Part shown: positions 26,138-33,538 of the stretch, in pieces
Layout: every line of letters begins with the position of its first letter
How positions within the stretch are numbered: the first letter of the stretch is position 1
Source: an uncultured Solirubrobacterales bacterium
Lineage (GTDB): Bacteria > Actinomycetota > Thermoleophilia > Solirubrobacterales > 70-9
Assembly (NCBI GenBank): GCA_963704545.1
Contig: OY969915.1
Location: 2,107,930 to 2,171,929, forward strand
Length of the DNA: 64,000 nucleotides
Direction: 5' to 3'
Position numbers and translations under genes: made by a program
The notes under the pieces: model-generated
What the model saw: the letters and a program-made list of their open reading frames with translations, nothing else
Databases searched by the model: none
Told to the model about the DNA's origin: nothing

Positions 26138-26413
26138 ATGAATTGGCAGCTTCTGGCCCGTGCGAATACCCACCCCCTGCGAATCTCAATCCTCGAGATC
26201 CTGGCCATGGACGAGGGGCGGACCCTCTCTCCCAACGAACTCAGCTATGAGCTGCGCACGCCGCTCAGCAACGTCAACTACCACGTCACCCAGCTCTACA
26301 AATCGGGGCTTCTGGAACTCGCCGGCGAACGCCGCGTCCGCGGCGCCACCGAGCACTTCTACCGCGAGGCGGCTCGCATCGAGTTCCCCCAGCCTCTCGC
26401 CCAGGCGTCCTAG
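26138..26413 (+). CDS. ArsR-family winged-helix transcriptional regulator
   Basis: THPLRISILEILAM...SPNELSYELRTPLSNVNYHVTQLYKSGLLE is an ArsR/SmtB-type HTH. Confidence 0.7.
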   Translation: MNWQLLARANTHPLRISILEILAMDEGRTLSPNELSYELRTPLSNVNYHVTQLYKSGLLELAGERRVRGATEHFYREAARIEFPQPLAQAS

Positions 26414-26442
26414 CGAGGGCGGCCGGGGGGAGATGCGCCTGT

Positions 26443-26470
26443 CGGGCCGCTGGGCATTTATGGCGGCCCG
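26443..26470 (+). terminator. stem-loop downstream of the ArsR-family gene
   Basis: CGGGCCGC (26443-26450) pairs with GCGGCCCG (26463-26470) around a 12-nt loop. There is no U-tract. Confidence 0.35.
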
Positions 26471-26478
26471 GCACGGGA

Positions 26479-26508
26479 AGTGGGCGACAGGGGTCGAACC
26501 CGCGACCT
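26479..26508 (-). pseudogene. tRNA 3'-end fragment (T-arm + acceptor strand), att-like copy of tRNA-Gly
   Basis: 27 of 30 positions are identical to the last 30 nt of the tRNA-Gly at 31774-31803, in the same orientation. No D arm, anticodon arm or 5' acceptor strand (GTGGGCG) is found upstream. Confidence 0.55.
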
Positions 26509-26517
26509 TCGACCTCC

Positions 26518-27609
26518 CTATCCAGGGCCGAGCACTTCGGCCTTCGCCGCCTCGAACTCCTCCTCGCTCAGCATCCCTTTCTCCTTCAAGGCCGAGAGCC
26601 GCTCGATCTGCTCTACCTTGCTCTCTTGCAGCGGGGCTGACGGCTCCGGCGCCGCTCGTCGTGGAACCGACGCCCGCACCCGGTCCCCGAACCCTCCGAA
26701 GGTCGCGTCCGGGAATTCCGCTTCGGCCTGTCGCCGCAGAACCTCCGTTCCGAGCACCATCAGCGCTGCCAGCAGGAGGAGTCCGAGTGGTTTCTCGAAG
26801 GCGGCAACAGGCGCCCAGAGGACAAGCACGAGGAAGACGAAGGCAACGGCCGCGTAGGTAGTGCCCCGACGCTCCCGCAGGTAGGGAGCGGCCTCGCGTC
26901 GTAGGCCCGTGGCGATGCGGGTGGGTCCCGCAAGCCAGGCGGCGATGGTGAGGAGGATGCCGAAGGTGATCGCCGAGACGGCGACGGTCATCAGAAGGGC
27001 GGTGCCGATGCTCCAGACGGCTTCGACTGCGGGCTTGACCGACTCGTTCCCCGCCAAAGCGTCGATCACCGTGTTCCCGGCGATCCCTCGAAGGAGAAGG
27101 CTGAGAACGCCGGCAACGACGAAGCCGAAGCCGACCGAGCGCAAGGCCTGCCTGCGACGCGGCCCGGCGAGGTAGATCGCGAGTCCGTAGAGGAACACCG
27201 CCAGGAGGGTGAGAACGATCGGCAGGCGCCTGACCAGCTTGCTGATGTCCTGCGCCGCGGAGAGCTGATCGGACTTGAGGATCGTCAGCTGGCCGGCGTC
27301 GGGCGGGACTTTCGAGGCGAGCTTGCCGGCGACCCCGAGCTGGCCGCCGCTTTCAGAGACCAGTGCCTTGAGATCCAGGGTGACTTCGCCACCGCTGGTC
27401 GAGACCGCCGAGCCCTCGTCGTTCAAGATCTTCAGCAGCGTTTCGTGGGCGCCGCGGTTCGCCGCGCTCCAGAGGCTTTCGGCCTGGGAGGTTTCCAGCG
27501 CCCTTTCGGCCACCTGGGGAGCGAGCTGATTCAGAGCCCCGGTGGCTGGACCGGCCAGGGGGGCCAGCCGCGGCGGAAACGTTTTTTCCAGTTCAGCCTG
27601 CACGTCCAC
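26518..27609 (-). CDS. membrane protein with a C-terminal SHOCT domain (N-terminus probably longer)
   Basis: The C-terminus is LSALKEKGMLSEEEFEAAKAEVL (SHOCT), preceded by 4-5 TM segments. The frame stays open upstream to 27846 and encodes a further TM helix, but with no ATG/GTG/TTG. Confidence 0.65.
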   Translation of the reverse strand: MDVQAELEKTFPPRLAPLAGPATGALNQLAPQVAERALETSQAESLWSAANRGAHETLLKILNDEGSAVSTSGGEVTLDLKALVSESGGQLGVAGKLASKVPPDAGQLTILKSDQLSAAQDISKLVRRLPIVLTLLAVFLYGLAIYLAGPRRRQALRSVGFGFVVAGVLSLLLRGIAGNTVIDALAGNESVKPAVEAVWSIGTALLMTVAVSAITFGILLTIAAWLAGPTRIATGLRREAAPYLRERRGTTYAAVAFVFLVLVLWAPVAAFEKPLGLLLLAALMVLGTEVLRRQAEAEFPDATFGGFGDRVRASVPRRAAPEPSAPLQESKVEQIERLSALKEKGMLSEEEFEAAKAEVLGPG

Positions 27610-27907
27610 GCTGGCGAAGAGCTGGTCGGCGAGGTAGTTGGAGAGCTGCGTCTTGACCTCCTCGTTCTGGAGGAGCTGCTCGCTCGTGTCGACCCAGTTG
27701 TCGGTGTTGAGCGCCTGCCGGTTGACCCAGATCGAGAAGATGGCGAGGAACGTGATCAGCGTGGCCAGGACGAGAAGTGCCGCGACGATGCGAGGGTGTC
27801 CTGAAGCACGTTCCCGGCTGGAGCCCTCGGATGCGATGTCCCGAGCCTAACGCGGATCGAACGGACGCGAGCGGCATTCGCAAACCCGTGGTCGGCGCGC
27901 TGGTCCA

Positions 27908-29557
27908 TTGGATCGTGATTCCAATCCACCTGTAGGTTCAGCGCGTGAGGGCGCGCCGTTGACCGAGATCGAGGGAGGCGGCACCCCGCCGAAAGAAGAA
28001 TCGGGCAATCCACGCCTTGCCGTGCTGTTGGCGATGGCGATGTTCGTGCTCGTCGTCGACACGTCGCTGATGAACGTTTCGATCTCCGCGGTGGTTCGCG
28101 ACCTCGACACGACCGTCAGCGGGCTCCAATCCGCGATCGCGCTGGAGGCGCTGGTGTCGGCCGCGTTCATCCTGATCGGCAGCAAGGTCGGCGACCTGAT
28201 CGGGCGAAAGCGGGCCTACACGTTCGGCCTGCTCGCCTACGCGACCGGCGCCTCGGCGATGGCCTTGACCCAGAGCCTTGCCCCGGTCGTGATCTTCTGG
28301 GCGATCATCGGCGGGCTTGGAGCGTCGCTGATGTTGCCGGCCATGCAGTCGCTGATCCACGGCAACTTCGAGGGCGTGGCCCAGAAAAAGGCTTACGCCC
28401 TGGTCGGGGCCGCCGCAGCGATCGCCGCTGCGGTCGGACCGCTGCTCGGAGGCTTCATCACCACCTACCTGACCTGGCGACTCGCGTTCGCGCTCGAGGT
28501 CGTCGTCATCGTGGTCGTTCTCTCCGGCATGGGGCTGGTCCGCGATGCGCCCTACACGGGACCTCGGCACGTCGACGCGGTTGGAGCGGTCCTCTCCGTC
28601 TTCGCGATGGGCGGCATCGTGCTCAGCGTCCTGATCTGGCAGGAGGGCGGCGAGGCCGTCGCCGAGCTGATGGCGATCGGGGGAATCGCGCTCGCGGCGC
28701 TCGTCTACTGGCTCCGGCGCCGCAAGCGCGAAGACAAGCCGACGCTGTTCGATCCGGACCTGTTCAAGTCCAGGGTCTTCAGGCTCGGGATCTCCCAGCA
28801 GACGCTCCAGCAGATCGCGCTGGGCGGCACCATGATCGCCCTGCCGATCTACCTGCAGATGGTCTTCGAGTACAACGCGATGGAGGCCGGGCTCTCGCTG
28901 GCGCCGCTCTCGCTCAGCATGTTCGGAATGGCGATACTGGCGGCGAGAAAGGCCGGGGCGCGACGCCCGAGCACCCTGATCCGATTCGGATTTGCCCTCT
29001 TCTCGGCTGGAATAGCCCTGTTGATCCCGATCGTGCCGCGCGCGGACTCCGGTTGGGCCCTCGTGGTCCCACTGGTGATCGCGGGCTTGGGCTTGGGCCT
29101 GTTGGTCTCCCAGCTCAACAACTACACGCTGGCCCCGATCTCTGAGGAGCGCGTCAGCGAGGCTGCGGGCCTGAACTCCGCCGCGGGCTCGTTCGGGCTG
29201 TCGTTCGGGTTGGCATTCGCCGGCGCCATCCTGTTGGCAACCCTCTCCGTCGCCTTCATCCAGATGGCAGACGACAGCACGGTGCTTGCCCCGGCCGAGA
29301 AGGAGCGTGTGGCAAAGGCCCTTGAGGAGGACGCCGAGGTGATGACCAACACCGAACTGGACAAGCTGCTCGCCGATGAGCCCAAGGCAACCCAGGACGA
29401 GATCATCAGCATCAACACCGATGCACGACCGCTCGCCCTTCAGGTGGCCCTGCTCATCCCACTCCTTGCCGGCCTCGTCGGTCTTTTCAACTCCTTCCGC
29501 ATGGTGCGATTGCCGGAGCCCAAGCCGTCGGGATCCGGCGAGACCGTCCTGGCCTGA
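27908..29557 (+). CDS. MFS transporter, DHA2-like (paralog of 8472-10100)
   Basis: FVLVVDTSLMNVSISAVVRDLDTTVSGLQ...GSKVGDLIGRKRAY parallels the other MFS protein. The start codon is uncertain; the track uses TTG at 27908. Confidence 0.8.
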   Translation: MDRDSNPPVGSAREGAPLTEIEGGGTPPKEESGNPRLAVLLAMAMFVLVVDTSLMNVSISAVVRDLDTTVSGLQSAIALEALVSAAFILIGSKVGDLIGRKRAYTFGLLAYATGASAMALTQSLAPVVIFWAIIGGLGASLMLPAMQSLIHGNFEGVAQKKAYALVGAAAAIAAAVGPLLGGFITTYLTWRLAFALEVVVIVVVLSGMGLVRDAPYTGPRHVDAVGAVLSVFAMGGIVLSVLIWQEGGEAVAELMAIGGIALAALVYWLRRRKREDKPTLFDPDLFKSRVFRLGISQQTLQQIALGGTMIALPIYLQMVFEYNAMEAGLSLAPLSLSMFGMAILAARKAGARRPSTLIRFGFALFSAGIALLIPIVPRADSGWALVVPLVIAGLGLGLLVSQLNNYTLAPISEERVSEAAGLNSAAGSFGLSFGLAFAGAILLATLSVAFIQMADDSTVLAPAEKERVAKALEEDAEVMTNTELDKLLADEPKATQDEIISINTDARPLALQVALLIPLLAGLVGLFNSFRMVRLPEPKPSGSGETVLA

Positions 29558-29575
29558 GCAGCGGCCTGGACCAGG

Positions 29576-29794
29576 TCACCAGGTCAGCTCGATCTCCAGC
29601 TCGCGCTCATCGGTCTCGATGTCGATCTCGACCTTGAGCTGGACTTCATCCGGGACGTTGACGGTAAATCTCACCCCACCCCGCTCGAACTCGATCTCGT
29701 TGTGGCGGGCGAGCATGTCGGCGAGCTTGCGAAGGCGCTCGGCGACCTCCTCCCGTTTCAGCGTTTCCTTCTGCTCAACCTCAAAGATGTCCAT
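29576..29794 (-). CDS. amphi-Trp domain protein (72 aa)
   Basis: Trimmed to MDIFEVEQKETLKREEVAERLRKLADML...ELEIELTW*, with a GGAGAG RBS upstream. The alternating acidic pattern ending in W matches the amphi-Trp family as I remember it. Confidence 0.65.
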   Translation of the reverse strand: MDIFEVEQKETLKREEVAERLRKLADMLARHNEIEFERGGVRFTVNVPDEVQLKVEIDIETDERELEIELTW

Positions 29795-29943
29795 CAGCTC
29801 TCCTTTGACCGCCGCCAGGGCCACGAGCCTACCCTCGGGCGATCGAGCTGCGTGCGTAAAAGCGCCTTTCGCAGCGCTGGACGGGACGGACGATCGATGT
29901 ACGATCCTCGCCCGCTCCATCAGGCCACAACCAGGAGGAATCA

Positions 29944-30342
29944 ATGCTTCCAGTCGCCAGCTCTTACCCGCTCCTCGACGTCGTCTGGACGATGCTCGTC
30001 TTCTTCGGGCTGGTGATCTGGATCGGCCTCCTGTTCAACGTCTTCGGCGACCTCTTCCGCCGCCATGACATCTCGGGCTGGGCCAAGGCGGGCTGGTGTC
30101 TGCTGGCGATCGCCCTGCCCTACGTCGGCGTCCTCATCTACCTGGGCACGCAGGGTTCGGGAATGGCCGAGCGCAGCGCAGCGCAGACGAAGGCCGCCCA
30201 GGCGCAGTTCGACGAGTACGTGCGCACGACGGCCGGCAGCGGAGGCGCCGCGGAGGAGATCGCCAAGGCGAAGGAGCTGCTGGACACCGGCGCAATCAGC
30301 CAGGAGGAGTTCGACTCAATCAAGCGGAAAGCGCTTGCTTGA
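29944..30342 (+). CDS. PLD-nuclease N-terminal (PLDc_N) membrane domain + SHOCT domain protein
   Basis: There are two TM segments with WAKAGWCLLAIALPYVGVLIYL, and the C-terminus is AKAKELLDTGAISQEEFDSIKRKAL (SHOCT). An AGGAGG RBS lies upstream. Confidence 0.75.
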   Translation: MLPVASSYPLLDVVWTMLVFFGLVIWIGLLFNVFGDLFRRHDISGWAKAGWCLLAIALPYVGVLIYLGTQGSGMAERSAAQTKAAQAQFDEYVRTTAGSGGAAEEIAKAKELLDTGAISQEEFDSIKRKALA

Positions 30343-30508
30343 GTTCGAGGGCGAGTCGCCGCTAAAAGGGGTTCCTGTCTTCGGCGTCGAATCAGGCAGT
30401 GCTGAATTTCACAAACCGCTCCGTGCTGTCTGAGGACCAGCGATGCTGCTTGGTCGACATTCGCCCGGTCGCCCAGGGAAGGGCGCGCCGACTAGGAAAG
30501 GAATACAT

Positions 30509-30892
30509 ATGAGGGGTGCTGGCCGAGCTGCTTTCGTCGCCATCCTGCTCTTGATCGCGGGCACGCTCAACGTCATCTACGGCATCGCTGCGATCGGCGA
30601 TGCCAGCTTCTTCGTGGACAACACCCGGTACGTGTTCTCCGATCTCAGCACCTGGGGCTGGATCACCGTCATTCTGGGAGTCGTCCAGCTCTGCGGTGGA
30701 TTCTCTCTGCTCGCCGGCAACGCGTTCGGGCGGGTCATCGGGCTGGTCGCCGCGTCTCTGGGCGCAATCGGTGCCCTCCTCGCGGTCGGCGGCGCCTTTC
30801 CGTTCTGGTCGCTGGGGATCTTCGCCCTCTGCGTGATCTGCATCCACGGCCTCGTCGTCTACGGCGAGGACGAGCCCGTAAGCCGGGCCTAG
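30509..30892 (+). CDS. four-TM membrane protein (DUF7144-like)
   Basis: Trimmed to MRGAGRAAFVAILLLIAGTLNVIYGIAAIGD...WGWITVILGVVQL..., with an AGGAAAGGA RBS. Confidence 0.6.
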   Translation: MRGAGRAAFVAILLLIAGTLNVIYGIAAIGDASFFVDNTRYVFSDLSTWGWITVILGVVQLCGGFSLLAGNAFGRVIGLVAASLGAIGALLAVGGAFPFWSLGIFALCVICIHGLVVYGEDEPVSRA

Positions 30893-30900
30893 AACGCCTC

Positions 30901-30933
30901 AGAGGAGCCCGGCCGATGCGGCCGGGCTCCTCT
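30901..30933. terminator. bidirectional stem-loop terminator between convergent genes
   Basis: There is a perfect 14-bp stem, AGAGGAGCCCGGCC (30901-30914) with GGCCGGGCTCCTCT (30920-30933), and a 5-nt loop. Confidence 0.6.
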
Positions 30934-30941
30934 GTACAGCC

Positions 30942-31205
30942 CTAGCCGAGCAGCTTGGCCTTCTGGGCGGCGAACTCCTCCTCGGTGAGGATTCCCTGGC
31001 TTTTGAGCTCACCCAGTTCCTTGAGTTGATCGATCGTCGACGCTGCGGCGGGCGGAGGCGGAGCTTGCGCGGCCTGTGGCTGCTGCGGAGGCGCTTCCTG
31101 TTCGGCCCAGCGCTCCCCCTGGCGTTTGGAGACGCGATTGCTGACGGCGGTCGCGGTCCCGGCGATGGCGGCGGTCCGCGCGACACCTCGAAGTAGTCCT
31201 GGCAT
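30942..31205 (-). CDS. SHOCT-domain protein (87 aa)
   Basis: The C-terminus is IDQLKELGELKSQGILTEEEFAAQKAKLLG, preceded by a Pro/Gln-rich linker. Confidence 0.7.
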   Translation of the reverse strand: MPGLLRGVARTAAIAGTATAVSNRVSKRQGERWAEQEAPPQQPQAAQAPPPPAAASTIDQLKELGELKSQGILTEEEFAAQKAKLLG

Positions 31206-31223
31206 CGTTCTCTCCTTTGCTGC

Positions 31224-31685
31224 TCAGGCCTCGGCCGCGTCGAGCGCGGCGAGGACGGCTTGGACGGGGATACGGCCACTGGCGACCAGCTGGCCGCCGG
31301 AGCGGCGCACGGCACTTGCGAAGGGCGCCGCCCAGGTGTTCTCGAAGACGAGCAGGGCGGCCGAGGTGCCGGGCTCCAGCGCCCCGCCGGCCTCGGCGAT
31401 GTCCTCGTCGGACAGCAACCCGGAGGAGGCGCCCTCGAAGATCGCCAGCTCCGCCACCTCGCCGCCGACGTCGGCGATCTCGAGGCCGGCGATCGAACCG
31501 TCCTCGGCCTTGGCGATGAAGGTGAGGTCGAGGATCCGGATCAGCCCGCGGTCGACCAAATCGACCAGGTGCGGCGCCACCTCGCCGTTCGGTTGGCGGC
31601 CCGGCCACTCGACGAGGATGTAGTCGATCGGACCCATCTCGTTGAACTCTTCGACGCTCAAAGCCGCTCCCTTCGTCGCGATCAA
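31224..31685 (-). CDS. DUF6325-like protein (usual partner of small SHOCT proteins)
   Basis: DYILVEWPGRQPNGEVAPHLVDLVDRGLIRILDLTFIAK...ALLVFENTWAAPFASAVR fits the family. The start could instead be the internal MGPIDY at 31637. Confidence 0.6.
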   Translation of the reverse strand: MIATKGAALSVEEFNEMGPIDYILVEWPGRQPNGEVAPHLVDLVDRGLIRILDLTFIAKAEDGSIAGLEIADVGGEVAELAIFEGASSGLLSDEDIAEAGGALEPGTSAALLVFENTWAAPFASAVRRSGGQLVASGRIPVQAVLAALDAAEA

Positions 31686-31773
31686 GTGAGCCGGATGACC
31701 CGGCTGAGGCAGACTAGCCGCTGGGAGTAAAACACGGGCAGGTCTTCGCTCCTGGGCTCAGAAGGGCGAAGAA

Positions 31774-31846
31774 AGCGGACGACGGGGGTCGAACCCGCGA
31801 CCTCGAGCTTGGGAAGCTCGCGCTCTACCAACTGAGCTACGTCCGC
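31774..31846 (-). tRNA. tRNA-Gly (anticodon CCC)
   Basis: Manual cloverleaf: GCGGACG-TA-GCTC-AGTTGGTA-GAGC-G-CGAGC-TTCCCAA-GCTCG-AGGTC-GCGGG-TTCGACC-CCCGT-CGTCCGC-T. CCA is not encoded. Confidence 0.85.
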
Positions 31847-31910
31847 GCCGACGGGATTCTACGGCGGCAGCGAGGTTGCCGAGGGCGAGGGCTAACTAGT
31901 CTTCGCCGCC

Positions 31911-32432
31911 GTGAGCGCGCGCTCGTTCCTCACCTTCCTTGCGGTGCTGGCCGTGATCGGCCTGCTCGCCTTCGGCCTGCTCAGCAAGGGGAATGCGAAG
32001 ATCGAGGTCGGCGAGCCGGTGCCCGACCGGGAGCTGCCGTCGCTGCCGGGCCCGGGCCAGGGCTCGATCCGCGAGCACCGCGGCCAGTGGGTGCTGGTCA
32101 ACCTCTGGGCCTCCTGGTGCATCCCCTGCCGCGAGGAGGCGCCGGCGCTGGAGCGTTTCCAGCGGCGTTACCGCGACCGCGACACGACGGTGGTCGGGAT
32201 CAACGTGCAGGACAACAGCGACGACGCGCTCGCCTTCCTGCGCAGCTACCCGACCACGTATCCCCAGCTGCGCTCGGTCGGCGAAGAGCGCAGCGCCGCC
32301 TTCGGCTCGACCGGGGTGCCCGAGAACTTCCTCGTCGACCCCCAGGGCCGCCTGGCGCTGATCTGGCGCCGGCCGCTCGACGACCGGCTCCTGCACGAAC
32401 AGGTCGAGCCTCTGATCGAAGGCCGGCGGTGA
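31911..32432 (+). CDS. TlpA/ResA/CcmG(DsbE)-type thiol:disulfide oxidoreductase
   Basis: It has an N-terminal TM segment and the thioredoxin motif WASWCIPCREE. Its stop overlaps the ccmH start (GTGA). Confidence 0.8.
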   Translation: MSARSFLTFLAVLAVIGLLAFGLLSKGNAKIEVGEPVPDRELPSLPGPGQGSIREHRGQWVLVNLWASWCIPCREEAPALERFQRRYRDRDTTVVGINVQDNSDDALAFLRSYPTTYPQLRSVGEERSAAFGSTGVPENFLVDPQGRLALIWRRPLDDRLLHEQVEPLIEGRR

Positions 32433-32893
32433 GGCGCCTGGCGCTCGTCGTCGCGGCCGTGATCTCGCTGGCGGCGCCGGTCGCCGCCGCGGGCGCCGCG
32501 CCGGTCCCGAAGACGACCGTCAGCGACGTCGAAGACGAGGTGATGTGCCCGATCTGCGGCACCCTGCTCGAGCTCTCCGACTCGCCGCAGGCCCGCCGCG
32601 AGAAGGTCTACGTCGCGAGGCTGGTCGCCGAAGGCAGGACCAAGGCCGAGATCAAGGACGCGCTGGTCGGCCAGTACGGCCCGGCGGCCCTGGCGCTTCC
32701 GGAGGCGACCGGGTTCGACCTTTCCGCCTACCTCGTCCCGATCGTCGCGCTGCTCGTCGCGGTGTGCGCGCTCGCCTTCGGCGTCGCCCGCTGGCGGCGC
32801 GACGGGGACCGCTCGCCACCGCCCGGAGCAACCGCTCCGCGGGGCGAGGAGGCCGAGCGACTCGAGGCCGACCTGCGGCGCTACGACCTCTGA
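32429..32893 (+). CDS. ccmH: cytochrome c maturation protein CcmH-like
   Basis: Trimmed to VRRLALVVAAVISLAAPVAAAG (signal). It has the MCPICG CxxC motif, ...EIKDALVGQYG and a C-terminal TM segment. Confidence 0.7.
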   Translation: MRRLALVVAAVISLAAPVAAAGAAPVPKTTVSDVEDEVMCPICGTLLELSDSPQARREKVYVARLVAEGRTKAEIKDALVGQYGPAALALPEATGFDLSAYLVPIVALLVAVCALAFGVARWRRDGDRSPPPGATAPRGEEAERLEADLRRYDL

Positions 32894-32902
32894 CCTCTGA
32901 CG

Positions 32903-33538
32903 TCAGGCAACGACTACGCGGCCGGTGACGGGTGCCGACAGGCGCTTGGGGACGTCGGCCTGCCCACCGCAGGCGATCGTCGCGTCGGCGTGTTCGGCCA
33001 GGGCCAGCAACGTCTCGGCGTCCTTCCCCAGAGGGGGACCGACGATCGCGAGCAGGTCGTAGGCACGGCGCAGCTTCTGAATCGCCTGGTCGCAGCGGTC
33101 GGAATCGAGCAGGGCCACCGGCGCCGGCTCGGGTGTCCCGGCCACGATGCAGACCAGGGGCTCGGAAGCCCCGCCGGAGGCAGGGCCGGCCAGCGTCAGC
33201 GGCTGCAGGAGCTGGGCCGCCTCCGTCTCGCCGAGCAGGTACTCGTGCAGGCCGGGGGTCGCGTCAAGGCCGAGCGCGGGAGCGAGCGCGGGAGTGGCCA
33301 GGTCGCACTCGAGCAGGGCGACGCGCCGGCCCTGCGCGACAGCGGCCGCCGCAAGCCCGAGCGCGACGGCCGACCTGGCCGGGCCCGTGGCCAGGACGGA
33401 GCCCGACCCACTCAGCTCCCGTGCCAGCCCCGAGAACGCCTGCAGCTCGGCCCGACCGAGTGCCGCCGGGCGCGAGGGAGCATCCTGCCGCATGGGGATC
33501 TCCGCCAGCAGGGGGCGCTTGGACCCGCGGCGGAGCAT
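32903..33538 (-). CDS. BY-kinase/ParA-fold protein with a degenerate Walker A (predicted non-catalytic)
   Basis: It follows the CpsD/CapB-like layout (...RRVALLECDLATPALAPALGL..TPGLHEYLLG...AYDLLAIVGPPLG...). GPARSAV occupies the position of GxxGxGKS/T. Its ATG shares one nt with the argS stop. Confidence 0.5.
   Translation of the reverse strand: MLRRGSKRPLLAEIPMRQDAPSRPAALGRAELQAFSGLARELSGSGSVLATGPARSAVALGLAAAAVAQGRRVALLECDLATPALAPALGLDATPGLHEYLLGETEAAQLLQPLTLAGPASGGASEPLVCIVAGTPEPAPVALLDSDRCDQAIQKLRRAYDLLAIVGPPLGKDAETLLALAEHADATIACGGQADVPKRLSAPVTGRVVVA

Noticed and set aside
26471-26550. A possible complete tRNA gene on the minus strand.
   Set aside because: Only the T-arm and 3' acceptor strand are present. 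No matching 5' acceptor strand (GTGGGCG), D arm or anticodon stem can be folded from the upstream sequence. I treat it as an att-like fragment.
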